Positions 30,420 through 40,351 of a stretch of 64,000 nt of DNA are shown here, one piece after another. Both the position numbers and the translations under genes were made by a program. Source of the stretch: Parcubacteria group bacterium Licking1014_17 (GTDB lineage Bacteria; Patescibacteriota; Minisyncoccia; 2-02-FULL-40-12; IGHO2-01-FULL-4-A); NCBI GenBank assembly GCA_007376485.1, contig VMGJ01000001.1, forward strand, positions 113,922 through 177,921. Direction: 5' to 3'. Below the pieces are notes generated by a model. It saw only the letters and a program-made list of their open reading frames with translations. It searched no databases and had not been told where the DNA came from. Within the stretch, counting starts at the first letter, position 1. Every line of letters starts with the position of its first letter.

Positions 30420-31685
30420 TTACTTATTTATGTAACTCAAAGGATTCAGAGACCCCTCAAAATAGTTGAAATACAGTTGCCCGTTTTTGGGATTGATATA
30501 GGTAAAGAAGTCCTTGTACAGGCTTAAATGCAAGTGCGAGCCGGTTGAATTTCCCGTGCTGCCTTCGTATCCGATTATTGAACTACTATCCACTCTCGTT
30601 CCGACAGCTAAGCCGCTCTGAACTCTCATATGGCCGTATATACTGACCATGTCGTTGTCGTGACGCACCGCCACCCAGTTTCCGAAGCCGTCATTGTATC
30701 CGGAAGCCAATATTACTCCCCCGCCGATGGATTTTATTCCGCTCCCCGGGCCGGAAGTAATATCAACGCCGTTATGCGGAGCGCCGCCGTAAGCGCCGCG
30801 TCTCGCGTATGACGTCATTCCATATCCCTGTGTCATATAATAATCGTCATAGGGCATCGCAAAAAGTTTTGTGCCGGCCCTTGGAACCGACGGGGCGGTA
30901 ATGTGCACGATGAATATACCGCTTTTCTGCGCCTCTGCTTCAGCATTTTTTAATTCCTCATAAAAGGCGGCTTCTTTCTGCTCGATTTCACTAAGCATCG
31001 CCTGATATTTCACTTCCTGGCCCTTTGTAACCGTAAGCAGCTTATCTTTACTCTCGCTGGTGTATGCCAAAGAATCTTTCTGCGCCCCCTGCGTTAAACT
31101 CAAATTTTCAAGGTCGCTCTTCTTCTTATCCAATTCCTTTTTATCCGATTCCATTCTGGTTTTAACATCCTGAAGCTGGGCTACCAGCGCCACCAGATTT
31201 TCATTAAGGTTCATAACCTGCTGCGCCTGGTCCGTAAAATCCGAAAGTTTCGGGTTCGACATCATAATCGCCACCAGACCCATCCTGTCCCTTTGATAAA
31301 CAAAACCCAACAGCTTGGCAATGGCTGATTTTTGAAATTCAATATTTTTTTGCGCGCTTGTGATGTTACCCTCTATTTGTTGAATGTTCAGTTTAGTCGT
31401 GTCTATTTGTTTGCTTGTGATATTAATCTGATTCTCCAGGCGGAGGATGTTTTCTTTAATAAGACCAATTTCTCTCTGTAAAGTATTCGCTTCTTTCTGT
31501 TTTTGGTTTATATTCTTTTTATAAGTTTCCCCCTGTTTCGTGAGTTCTTCAATCTGTTTCCTTAGTTCAAGTATTTTTTGGCTCGCGTCGTCAATCGCGT
31601 AAACAACCCTGCCGGCCATTATTTTGCCGGAAATAACCAATGAAAATATAGCAAGTAATAGTATAAATCGCTTCAAATAAATCAT
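30420..31685 (-). CDS. Coiled-coil M23 peptidase (EnvC/murein hydrolase-like)
   Basis: Signal peptide, long coiled coil, HNGVD, YGHM, STGSHLHL. Confidence 0.92.
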   Translation of the reverse strand: MIYLKRFILLLAIFSLVISGKIMAGRVVYAIDDASQKILELRKQIEELTKQGETYKKNINQKQKEANTLQREIGLIKENILRLENQINITSKQIDTTKLNIQQIEGNITSAQKNIEFQKSAIAKLLGFVYQRDRMGLVAIMMSNPKLSDFTDQAQQVMNLNENLVALVAQLQDVKTRMESDKKELDKKKSDLENLSLTQGAQKDSLAYTSESKDKLLTVTKGQEVKYQAMLSEIEQKEAAFYEELKNAEAEAQKSGIFIVHITAPSVPRAGTKLFAMPYDDYYMTQGYGMTSYARRGAYGGAPHNGVDITSGPGSGIKSIGGGVILASGYNDGFGNWVAVRHDNDMVSIYGHMRVQSGLAVGTRVDSSSIIGYEGSTGNSTGSHLHLSLYKDFFTYINPKNGQLYFNYFEGSLNPLSYINK

Positions 31686-33085
31686 TTCTCAAAATTTAGA
31701 GCTTTTTTTACGCGGGCGATTGTTTTTTCTTTACCGATGACTTTTGCCACCTCAACCGGATCCGGCGACGATTCTTTGCCGGTAATTGCCACCCTGAAAG
31801 GCCAGAAAACCAGCCCCTTGCCCCCAATGTTTTCACTTAAACCATTTAGCATATCCCGCAGTCGGGACATATCGTCAACCCCGCTTTTTTCAACAATAAC
31901 CAAAACTTCCCGAAGCGCGTCAAATGACTTCCCGATATCTTCGCCTTTCCATTTCAATAAATTTTTATCAAATTCCGGCTCTTTGAACAGATAATCAAAA
32001 TCTTTTATATCCGACAGTTTGCGCAAGCGGGTTTGGACGAGGGAAACTATGTTTTCTACTGATTTTCTGCCGGACTCTATCCCCTGCCCTTCCATAAAAT
32101 CAAAGAGCCGTTCGGCAAAATTTTGCGGATTCATCTTTTTTATATATTCGCCGTTGAGCCAATCAAGTTTTTGGTAATCAAAAATCGCGCCGGCTTTATG
32201 TATTCTCTCGAGTTCAAATTCCCCCGTCAGTTCCGCGAAAGACAGCACCTCCCTATCCCCTTTCGGCGTAAATCCAAGAAGCCCCAGATAATTTATAATT
32301 GCCTCCGGCAGATAACCCTGCCCGCGGAATTCGCCGACAGAAACCGCGCCGTGGCGCTTGGAAAGTTTCGAGCGGTCTTTATTTAAAATTAAAGGCAGGT
32401 GGACGTATGCAGGGGTGTCAAAACCAAGCGCCTCCTGAATGAGAATATGTTTGGGCGTGTTAGCCAGATGTTCTTCTCCCCTGATTACATGGCTGATTTT
32501 CATTTCGTAATCATCCACGACTACCGACATATGATACAATGGTTCCTCCGGGCTTTTGGCAATACTGAAATCTCCCAAAAGTTTTGAATCAAATTTAATC
32601 TTTCCCCTGACTATGTCGTTGAATATAATCGCGTTGTCGGCGTTTGAATCCACCGCCAAACGGATTACGCCGCTTTGCCCGCTTTCCGGTTTAAGATTTT
32701 TCCTCTTGTGCTCGCAAATATGCCTCGGCGCTTCCTTGGCGGTGTACTGCCGTTCGCTTTCTTGTTCCAGTTCTTCTTCGGTGTGCAGACACCAAAAAGC
32801 TTTCCCGCTTTTCAATAGCTGTTCAATATATTTTTTATAAATGTCAACCCTGTCGCTCTGGCGGTAAAATTCGTCCCAGTTTAAACCCAGCCATTTTAGG
32901 TTATTGATAATATCTTCTTCAAACTCTTTCTTGGAGCGTTCCTTGTCCGTGTCTTCTATCCGCAAGACAAAATCGCCCTTATTTTTCTTGGCGAAAAAAT
33001 AATTAAACAGAGCCGTCCTCGCCAACCCGATGTGCACAAAACCCGTCGGCGAAGGGGCAATTCGCACTCTGACTTTGCTATTCAT
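31682..33085 (-). CDS. gltX: Glutamate--tRNA ligase
   Basis: APSPTGFVHIG, RIEDTD, VIRGEEH, KLSKR. Confidence 0.97.
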   Translation of the reverse strand: MNSKVRVRIAPSPTGFVHIGLARTALFNYFFAKKNKGDFVLRIEDTDKERSKKEFEEDIINNLKWLGLNWDEFYRQSDRVDIYKKYIEQLLKSGKAFWCLHTEEELEQESERQYTAKEAPRHICEHKRKNLKPESGQSGVIRLAVDSNADNAIIFNDIVRGKIKFDSKLLGDFSIAKSPEEPLYHMSVVVDDYEMKISHVIRGEEHLANTPKHILIQEALGFDTPAYVHLPLILNKDRSKLSKRHGAVSVGEFRGQGYLPEAIINYLGLLGFTPKGDREVLSFAELTGEFELERIHKAGAIFDYQKLDWLNGEYIKKMNPQNFAERLFDFMEGQGIESGRKSVENIVSLVQTRLRKLSDIKDFDYLFKEPEFDKNLLKWKGEDIGKSFDALREVLVIVEKSGVDDMSRLRDMLNGLSENIGGKGLVFWPFRVAITGKESSPDPVEVAKVIGKEKTIARVKKALNFEK

Positions 33086-33199
33086 CCCAAACGAAGTAGC
33101 TATAGCACGATTTAAGTTTTAGCTATGTCTACTGATTAATCATTACACATATAAAAATACTTATAACTTATGAACCCGTTAGGGCTACTTCGTACGGGA
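33085..33199. mobile_element. Start-codon-inserted inverted-repeat element, short subtype (115 bp), at gltX
   Basis: Gene strand reads ATGAA|TCCCGTACGAAGTAGC...GCTACTTCGTTTGGGA|TGAA; homologous to 9955..10069. Confidence 0.85.
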
Positions 33200-33267
33200 T
33201 TCATATTGTGATTTTATTATACCAGAGATGTCGCTTTTGGAAAAACCAGCCGAATTTAAAATTAAAA

Positions 33268-33296
33268 TAGCCCCGGCGGTCGTTCGCCGGGGCTAT
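33268..33296 (-). terminator. Rho-independent terminator
   Basis: ATAGCCCCGGCG/CGCCGGGGCTAT with a T run on the minus strand. Confidence 0.85.
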
Positions 33297-33314
33297 GAGA
33301 GTGGTCAAAGAACT

Positions 33315-33755
33315 TTAACCGCATAGAGCAAAATGTTCCTGCGGTTTTTTGAGGAAACCCCACTTAAAAATATTACCCGCGGAAATTCTCAGAAAACTAA
33401 CGAACACCAACTTGCGCCCTTGCCACGTCTTGTCCGATTTTTCACCATCTAGGGTATACTTCCATAAGACAATAAGCGGAATAACTTCGAGCCCGAAAAA
33501 TGGCGATATTTTTTCCGATAAATCTTGTATGGAACCAAAAGAATCTCTTACTGCGCCATAACTAATGACAGAGAACTGCGTCTCGGCCGCCACGATATAA
33601 TCGGGCATTCTTCTGTGAACACTCACGATTTTCTGTTCAGCCGGGATGCTATCGCCTATGTATTGAACTTCTGCTTCCTCGCCAAGTAGTTCGCTTAATT
33701 TTCCTACTTGAACACGCAATGGCTTGGGCTCAATCGCCCATAATATTTTTGTCAT
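33315..33755 (-). CDS. Hypothetical protein (start moved to MTKILW)
   Basis: GGAGGAG SD before this ATG; own promoter and terminator. Confidence 0.65.
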   Translation of the reverse strand: MTKILWAIEPKPLRVQVGKLSELLGEEAEVQYIGDSIPAEQKIVSVHRRMPDYIVAAETQFSVISYGAVRDSFGSIQDLSEKISPFFGLEVIPLIVLWKYTLDGEKSDKTWQGRKLVFVSFLRISAGNIFKWGFLKKPQEHFALCG

Positions 33756-33887
33756 TTCCACTCCTCCATTTTCGCGAATTGTGTGAATTGTCAAAAATCA
33801 GCCCCATTAAATATTAACTTATTATTTACAATCCGTCAATTCTAAAACAGCCTTTTGAAAATCTCAATTCTCAATTATGCTTAACTT

Positions 33888-35798
33888 ATGCAGATTATTG
33901 ATGTTTTGCCTCTGACCATACTCCCCCGCAACCAGGACCAAATTTTAAATTATTATCACACTGAAAAACTGGAACGCGGGGCGGTGGTTGAGGTTGAACT
34001 GAATAAACGCAAAGTTCGCGGGGTGGTTATCGGTTCAACCGATTTAAAATCGGCTAAACTTGGTTTTAAGAAACATGTTAGCTACGAGCTGAAACATATA
34101 CGCAGGGTAATAAACCCCAAGCCGCAGGTTTTTGAATGGCAGCTGCGCGTTGCCAGTTTTTTGGCTTCTTATTATTACGCTCCGCTGGGTTTATGCGTAA
34201 AATTGGTCCTGCCCCCGTTTTGGGGAGTAAGAGGATATGAAATGGGCGGTGAGAATAAATTACCGGCTGAAAAGACAAAAATCGAAGAAAAACTGGTTAT
34301 CGGCAACGCGTTGGAAAATATTGAAGAACAAATCAAAAAATATATCGGAAAAAATAAGCAGGTGTTTCTGCTCGTCCCGGAAACGTTTTCGGCGGATTAT
34401 TTTATCGAAAGATTTAAAAAATATGAACCGGTTTTTGTTACGGGAGCGGTAAGCAATAAAAAATATTACGAAAACTGGAAAAACATCGCATCGGGTGAAA
34501 CCAAACTTATTGTCGGCACTCGCATCGGGCTTTTTCTGCCATTCGCAAATCTTGGCTTAATTATTATTGACGACGAATCAAACGGCTTATACAAATCCGA
34601 AATGGCGCCTTTATACAATGCGGTTGATTTGGCGGGATATGTTGTGAGGATGAGAAATAGCGATTTGTTACTAACGGGAATCGCGCCGAGGATTGAAACT
34701 CTCAATTCCTTTACTAAAGAAACCGAAAAAAGCATAAATAAAGAAGCGAAAATAATTGATATGACCCGTGAAATTAAGGATAAGAATTTTTCGGTTTTGA
34801 GCCGGGAAATGAAAGGGAATGTCGCCGATATAGCCGCAGAAAAGAAAAAAATGATTTTATTCGTACCCAGAAAGGGCCACGCGAATTTTATTTCCTGCCG
34901 GAATTGCGGCGAAGCAATATCATGCAAAAACTGCTCCGTGCCGCTGATTTATTACAAAGTTCCCGAAGAAAAACTTATCTGCCATCATTGCGATTACAAC
35001 GAAGCGGTGCCCCGGAAGTGTCCCACCTGCGGAAGTTTTGCTTTAAAAGCATACGGCGTCGGCTCGTCAAAAGTCGTTACGGAACTTAATGATTATTTAA
35101 AATATTTCGGGATAAATAATATCTCCGTGATTCAGCTGGATAACGATACCACCGGCTATGACGAAGAAGTTCAGTCAGATCTCGTAAATAAGTTTATTGA
35201 TGCCGACTGCGCTATTCTCGTTGCTACCCAAATGATTTTCAACCATCGCCATTTGATAAAAGTTCCTCTTATTGGCATAATAAACGCGGATACGCTGGCG
35301 CATTTTCCCGATTTCCGCGCTGAAGAAAGGATGTTTTGCCAATTGATGATTTTGCGTGATATGACGGATAAATTGCTCATTCAAACTTATAATCCCGAAA
35401 ATTATGCCATAAAGGCGGCAGTCGGCGGCGACGCGGACGCGTTTTTTAAAAAAGAGCTGGCAGACAGAAAACTGTTTTCCTATCCCCCGTATTCGCGGCT
35501 GACAAAAATTTATCTGCGGCACAGAAACGAGAAGAAACTTGCTTATGGGGCGAAAGTTCTTGCGGATAAACTTGCGGCGGTAATCAAGCAGGACAAAAAA
35601 TTCGCCAATATAAAAATCGATAGTTCTCTGCCCAGCTTTATTTTCAAAGAAAAAGGAATGTTTAAGTGGAACATTATGCTGGAAATCAGCCCTTACGACA
35701 TTTACAACGATAAAGAAGTTACAAATATAAGAAACGAATTATTTAGATATATGCCGGATATTTGGCATGTTGACGCCGATCCGGTGTTGACGATTTAG
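33888..35798 (+). CDS. priA: Primosomal protein N' with degenerate helicase motifs
   Basis: IVGTR..LFLP, four CxxC zinc region, PDFRAEER, QTYNP, YPPY; upstream of def. Confidence 0.9.
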   Translation: MQIIDVLPLTILPRNQDQILNYYHTEKLERGAVVEVELNKRKVRGVVIGSTDLKSAKLGFKKHVSYELKHIRRVINPKPQVFEWQLRVASFLASYYYAPLGLCVKLVLPPFWGVRGYEMGGENKLPAEKTKIEEKLVIGNALENIEEQIKKYIGKNKQVFLLVPETFSADYFIERFKKYEPVFVTGAVSNKKYYENWKNIASGETKLIVGTRIGLFLPFANLGLIIIDDESNGLYKSEMAPLYNAVDLAGYVVRMRNSDLLLTGIAPRIETLNSFTKETEKSINKEAKIIDMTREIKDKNFSVLSREMKGNVADIAAEKKKMILFVPRKGHANFISCRNCGEAISCKNCSVPLIYYKVPEEKLICHHCDYNEAVPRKCPTCGSFALKAYGVGSSKVVTELNDYLKYFGINNISVIQLDNDTTGYDEEVQSDLVNKFIDADCAILVATQMIFNHRHLIKVPLIGIINADTLAHFPDFRAEERMFCQLMILRDMTDKLLIQTYNPENYAIKAAVGGDADAFFKKELADRKLFSYPPYSRLTKIYLRHRNEKKLAYGAKVLADKLAAVIKQDKKFANIKIDSSLPSFIFKEKGMFKWNIMLEISPYDIYNDKEVTNIRNELFRYMPDIWHVDADPVLTI

Positions 35799-35817
35799 TT
35801 CATTGATGATTGAGGTT

Positions 35818-35951
35818 AATTAATGAATATATCTTTTCGCAGATGTTCGGGCTTTCCAGCGAAGCCTTCACTTATACCTCGCCAGTTTTCTCCCTTCGGG
35901 GGACCAAGCAAAACTGGCTCGCTGTACTGCTCAAAGACACATTCATTAATT
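35818..35951 (-). repeat. Structured intergenic repeat, subfamily A
   Basis: Reverse complement of the GAGCAGTACAGCGA...TCTGCGAAAAG core. Confidence 0.92.
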
Positions 35952-36020
35952 GCCGGCATAAAGCCGTTGATAAAACCGTGCTGGCGGCAATCTCAACAGC
36001 ACTCAAAACACACCAGCTCG
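35952..36020 (-). repeat. Half copy of subfamily C repeat
   Basis: AAAACCGTGCTG...TCAACAGCACTCAAAACACACCAGCTCG shared with 23314 and 49929 copies. Confidence 0.8.
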
Positions 36021-36041
36021 TAGCTTATCATTATTAGATTT

Positions 36042-36488
36042 ATGGATTTAATCAGCGAAAAATCAAAAGTGCTTCATGAACCGTTAGGAACGGTGAAAAA
36101 GATTACTCCGGAAATCAAGAATCTCATAGAAGAAATGAGAAAAATTATGGTGGTGAAAAAAGGAGTGGGACTCGCGGCAAATCAAGTTGGCAAAAATCTC
36201 CGGATTTTCGTGATTGAAAAAAAACTGGCTGATGACAACCAGGTTCCTGACGCTTATATCAATCCAACCATCACCGAGATGTCCAAAGAAGACGACGAAA
36301 TGGAAGAAGGATGCTTGAGTTTGCCGGGACACTGGCAGATGATTAAGCGGGCAAAAAAGGTCTGGATAAAAGCACTGGACGAAAATGGCAATAAAATAAG
36401 ATTCAAAGCCAAGGGCTTTTTGGCTCGGGTTTTACAGCACGAGTATGATCACTTGCGGGGGGTACTGATTAAAGATAAGAGTAAATAA
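36042..36488 (+). CDS. def: Peptide deformylase
   Basis: GVGLAANQ, EGCLS, QHEYDH. Confidence 0.97.
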   Translation: MDLISEKSKVLHEPLGTVKKITPEIKNLIEEMRKIMVVKKGVGLAANQVGKNLRIFVIEKKLADDNQVPDAYINPTITEMSKEDDEMEEGCLSLPGHWQMIKRAKKVWIKALDENGNKIRFKAKGFLARVLQHEYDHLRGVLIKDKSK

Positions 36489-36497
36489 CTATCCTAC

Positions 36498-36833
36498 CTA
36501 CTTATCGCCTTCCTTATCCTTATTAGCATTTAAATACTCACTTTCCATAAGATTTACTATTTCTATTATTTCCCCGTATTTACCCGGATCCATACACATT
36601 GTCCTGCCGGCTGCTTTCTTAAATTCTTTATATGTCAGTTTGGAGTTTATTTCAGAATGCCCGTGACTTAAACCGCCAAATACTATTTTACCAGCCAAGG
36701 CGTTAATTAACGCGACCCAATCGTATGGAGTGCGAGGCTCCATAAGCATTCCGGTTAACTTTTCCAACGGCTTTTCCTCTTTTTTCTCCGGCGATTTTGA
36801 GAATATCCGTTCTATAAATTTTTCTTTACCCAT
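36498..36833 (-). CDS. Hypothetical protein
   Basis: 111-aa ORF filling the gap. Confidence 0.65.
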   Translation of the reverse strand: MGKEKFIERIFSKSPEKKEEKPLEKLTGMLMEPRTPYDWVALINALAGKIVFGGLSHGHSEINSKLTYKEFKKAAGRTMCMDPGKYGEIIEIVNLMESEYLNANKDKEGDK

Positions 36834-36926
36834 AATAGTTTATTAATTAATAATTATTAGACTATTAGATAATATTATAATTGCTTCAACTCGTTATGGT
36901 ATACAATGTACAATCCATTAGGACTT

Positions 36927-37238
36927 TTACAATCCGTGAACAGTGCCCAAGAACGAAACAAAAACAGAATCAATCCTGTGATATTCTGGCGAATCAGACG
37001 GTAACATGCCGCACGCATATTCTATTTTCACAGTTATGCCAAATAGGGTTCTATGAGATTCTTTAACGCCACATCCTTTGCAATTAAATCCACAGCCATC
37101 TCCTACACCTTGCCATTTAGCAGAAAATCTTTCAGAAACGATGCTTTCAGCGTATCCCTTGGTTATCCATGGCGCCCATACAAAGATAAGCAATAAAACA
37201 AGACCTATCATTAAAATCCAAACTTTTTTGTTAATCAT
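36927..37238 (-). CDS. Membrane-anchored Cys-rich hypothetical protein
   Basis: N-terminal TM, CGFNCKGC...YACG. Confidence 0.7.
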   Translation of the reverse strand: MINKKVWILMIGLVLLLIFVWAPWITKGYAESIVSERFSAKWQGVGDGCGFNCKGCGVKESHRTLFGITVKIEYACGMLPSDSPEYHRIDSVFVSFLGTVHGL

Positions 37239-37345
37239 GTTGTTATTTAACTAGCCCTCCGGAATATGGCAAATATTCCGGATATTACAAGTCAAATCGA
37301 CCGCTAACTTTGCTTCTAGCCTCACTAATCTGTATATTATACTTA

Positions 37346-38293
37346 ATGGTTCGGAATCGCAAAATTATCTTTTTCGGGACGCCGGAGTTCGCGTTGCCAG
37401 CGTTGAAAAAGCTCCGCGAATCAGGATACAAGATTTTGGCGGTAATAACAGCACCGGATAAGCCGGTTGGGAGAGAAAAAACAATAACGCCGCCACCCGT
37501 GAAAATAACGGCTCAAGAGCTGGGGTTGAAAATACTCCAGCCGCCGAAATTAAGGGGCAACAGCCAGTTTTGGGATGAATTGAAATCGCTCGGCGATATT
37601 GGTTTGGGCGTTGTCGCCGCTTATGGGAAAATCATACCGGAAGAAATTTTGGAGTTGCCCAAATTCGGTTTGCTTAATATTCATCCTTCATTACTGCCAA
37701 AATACAGAGGCGCATCCCCTATTCAAGCCGTCTTATCGAATGGCGAAACGGAAACCGGCGTAACTATAATGAAATTGGATAAAGAGATGGATCACGGGCC
37801 GATTTTGGCGCAGAAAAAAGTGGAAATAAAACCGAATGAAAAATATCCGGAATTAAGCGAACGGCTGTCTGAAATCGGCTCGGATATGCTTATAGACATA
37901 CTGCCGGACTATTTTGCCGGAAAAATCAAGCCCGCCGAACAAAATCATTCTTCTGCCACCCTTACCAAAATAATTAAAAAAGAAGACGGAAAAGCCGATT
38001 GGAGTTTGGGCGCGAACTGGCTTTATAATACCTACCGCGCATTTTATCCGTGGCCGGGATTGTGGACGGAATGGGAAGGAAAAATCCTTAAAATTATTGA
38101 GTGTTCCCCCGACGACGCCGTTATAACCGCGAAGGCGGACACCGGCGCTTTGGCGATTGACGGCGGAAAACTTGGTTTCATTTGCGGCAAAGGGTTTTTA
38201 ATAGTAAAATCATTACAGAGAGCCGGAGAGAAAATACTGTCTGACTCTCAATTTATTCAGGGCTACGGCAAACTGATAAAAAAGATTCCATAG
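37346..38293 (+). CDS. fmt: Methionyl-tRNA formyltransferase (start moved to MVRNRK)
   Basis: FFGTPEFA, PDKPVGR, NIHPSLLPKYRGASP. Confidence 0.97.
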   Translation: MVRNRKIIFFGTPEFALPALKKLRESGYKILAVITAPDKPVGREKTITPPPVKITAQELGLKILQPPKLRGNSQFWDELKSLGDIGLGVVAAYGKIIPEEILELPKFGLLNIHPSLLPKYRGASPIQAVLSNGETETGVTIMKLDKEMDHGPILAQKKVEIKPNEKYPELSERLSEIGSDMLIDILPDYFAGKIKPAEQNHSSATLTKIIKKEDGKADWSLGANWLYNTYRAFYPWPGLWTEWEGKILKIIECSPDDAVITAKADTGALAIDGGKLGFICGKGFLIVKSLQRAGEKILSDSQFIQGYGKLIKKIP

Positions 38294-38296
38294 ATT

Positions 38297-39022
38297 ATGG
38301 ACGGGCAAATACTAAAAGTAGAAAATCTTGAAGTTACGCTGAACGAGCAGAAAATTCTTGAGAACGTGAATTTTGATGTTCACCGCGGCGAGGTTCTGGC
38401 TATTGTCGGACCCAACGGCGCCGGCAAAACAACTTTATTCAAAGCGCTTCTCGGGCTTGTCCCCCATTCCGGTTTAATCAAATGGATGGACGGAATCAAA
38501 ATCGGCTACGTGCCCCAAAAGCTTTACATAGAGCACGGCATACCTCTGACCGTAAAAGAATTTTTATCCCTCAAAACAAATTCGTTTGAAGAAATCAAAA
38601 ACGTTTTAAACGCTGTGGGTATAGTATATGACGAGACCCATGAACACCACGTCGAACAGCATATACTGAACCGCCCGATGGAGCTTATTTCCAGCGGCGA
38701 ATCCCAGCGAGTGCTTATCGCGTGGGCGCTCATCGGCAATCCCGATGTCCTGCTTTTTGACGAACCGACGGCGGGCATTGATATCGGCGGAAAGCAAACC
38801 ATTTACCACCTGATACACAATCTGCAGGAAACTAAAAAATTGACCGTGATTCTGATTTCGCACGATTTGAATGTCGTTTACCAGTACGCCAACGAAGTCG
38901 TCTGCCTGAACAGAAAGCAAATCTGCATCGGCACGCCCAAGGAAACGCTTGACCATGAACATATCCAGATGCTTTACGGGGGGAAAACGTCATTTTACCA
39001 GCACGTCCATAAAGAACATTGA
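38297..39022 (+). CDS. znuC: Zn/Mn ABC transporter ATPase (ZnuC-like)
   Basis: GPNGAGKT, GYVPQ, DEPTAGID, His-rich segments. Confidence 0.85.
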   Translation: MDGQILKVENLEVTLNEQKILENVNFDVHRGEVLAIVGPNGAGKTTLFKALLGLVPHSGLIKWMDGIKIGYVPQKLYIEHGIPLTVKEFLSLKTNSFEEIKNVLNAVGIVYDETHEHHVEQHILNRPMELISSGESQRVLIAWALIGNPDVLLFDEPTAGIDIGGKQTIYHLIHNLQETKKLTVILISHDLNVVYQYANEVVCLNRKQICIGTPKETLDHEHIQMLYGGKTSFYQHVHKEH

Positions 39023-39801
39023 TTATGGGAATAATTTTTGACCTAAATTTGATAAATCTTCTGACGGCTCTGGCTGTCGGCTTGGCGGCGGGCTATTTGG
39101 GCGCGTTCATGGTTATGCGCCGGATGGCGCTTGTCGGGGACGCCCTGTCGCACGTGGCTTTGCCCGGAGTGGCTATCGCCTATCTTTATAATTTCAATCC
39201 ATTTCTCGGCGCTTTTGCCGCTTTGTTCGCCGGCGTGATAATAATCTGGGCGATTGAACATTACACTTCACTTTCCACCGAATCCCTCGTCGGTTTGATA
39301 TTTACTTTCGCTCTGGCAATCGGACTGATAATCACGCCACAGGAACAGATTTTGGACGCGCTGATGGGAGACATTTCAAGGCTCACGACCGCCAATGGCA
39401 TTTTCGCGATTGTGGCGTCTCTGGCGGTCATTCTGGTTATGAAAACGATGTCAAAGAAATTCATCATCAGCAGTATTTCAGGCGAACTGGCGACGACTTC
39501 GGGAATAAGCACGCGGGCAATTCAGTTTGTTTTTATGATTTTGGTGGCGGTGGTGGTGGCGCTCGGCATTAAGGTTGTCGGCACATTGCTTATGGGCGCG
39601 CTGGTTGTAATTCCGGCCATCGCGGCTAAAAACGTCAGCAAGAAAATGAGTTCCTATACGGGATTAAGCGCGTTATTCGGAACCGTGAGTATGGTTTCGG
39701 GTATGATTCTCGCTGACGCCACCGGTTTTCTGCCCGGGCCGCTGATTGTGCTCGTAAGCGCCTTAATTTTCGCGATTACGTTTATTTTTGTTGAGTATTG
39801 A
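39019..39801 (+). CDS. znuB: Zn/Mn ABC transporter permease (ZnuB-like)
   Basis: RRMALVGDALSHVALPG. Confidence 0.88.
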   Translation: MIMGIIFDLNLINLLTALAVGLAAGYLGAFMVMRRMALVGDALSHVALPGVAIAYLYNFNPFLGAFAALFAGVIIIWAIEHYTSLSTESLVGLIFTFALAIGLIITPQEQILDALMGDISRLTTANGIFAIVASLAVILVMKTMSKKFIISSISGELATTSGISTRAIQFVFMILVAVVVALGIKVVGTLLMGALVVIPAIAAKNVSKKMSSYTGLSALFGTVSMVSGMILADATGFLPGPLIVLVSALIFAITFIFVEY

Positions 39802-39896
39802 CTCAAGTCGCCAAATTTGCTACCCTTTTAGTGTTGAACCTTAATAACCAGCAGTTCAAAGGTTTATAGAGGGAAGGGATCTAATTGGGGGAATAT

Positions 39897-40088
39897 ATGG
39901 TAAGCGTAGTTGTAAATCACCCAACAACCCCGCGACACTATGTACAGTTGTCCAAGAAAAATGTGGATAACATACTGGCCAATGTCGAATCGGGGAAACG
40001 TCGGGAAGTAATCACCAACCTGAGAGAGATGGCACACAAAAAATTGTTGACACCCGACGCCGTGAAATACATTCAGGAACTACAGTAA
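39897..40088 (+). CDS. Small hypothetical protein
   Basis: G-rich SD before ATG; TTGACT-17-TACCCT upstream. Confidence 0.55.
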   Translation: MVSVVVNHPTTPRHYVQLSKKNVDNILANVESGKRREVITNLREMAHKKLLTPDAVKYIQELQ

Positions 40089-40267
40089 AAACAAACGGAG
40101 TCAGAAACCTCCTCCAATAACAATAAAAGAAATATCTTTTCTTAAACCGATCCCAAACACCCTCCTCGGGGGAAGCTCTGTATCTTTATTTTTAAATTTT
40201 TTTGCTTTGCAAAAGGGGAGGTACAGCCGCTGCATTTCCCCCCTCTCTATAAGCTTTTGAATTTTGC

Positions 40268-40347
40268 CGCCAGAAATTGGCTCCCGATCCCAACCCCTAC
40301 ATTTTGCCTCCTTTGGTTGTGGAATAGCCAATTTCTGGCGTTTTTTT
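40268..40347 (+). terminator. 15-bp stem with long loop and T7 run immediately before efp
   Basis: CGCCAGAAATTGGCT/AGCCAATTTCTGGCG then TTTTTTT, 4 nt before ATG. Confidence 0.55.
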
Positions 40348-40351
40348 AAAA

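Noticed and set aside
40105-40260. Pro-Pro-Pro frame upstream of efp as an EF-P-sensing leader peptide
   Set aside because: No start codon between the upstream in-frame TGA and the PPP codons.
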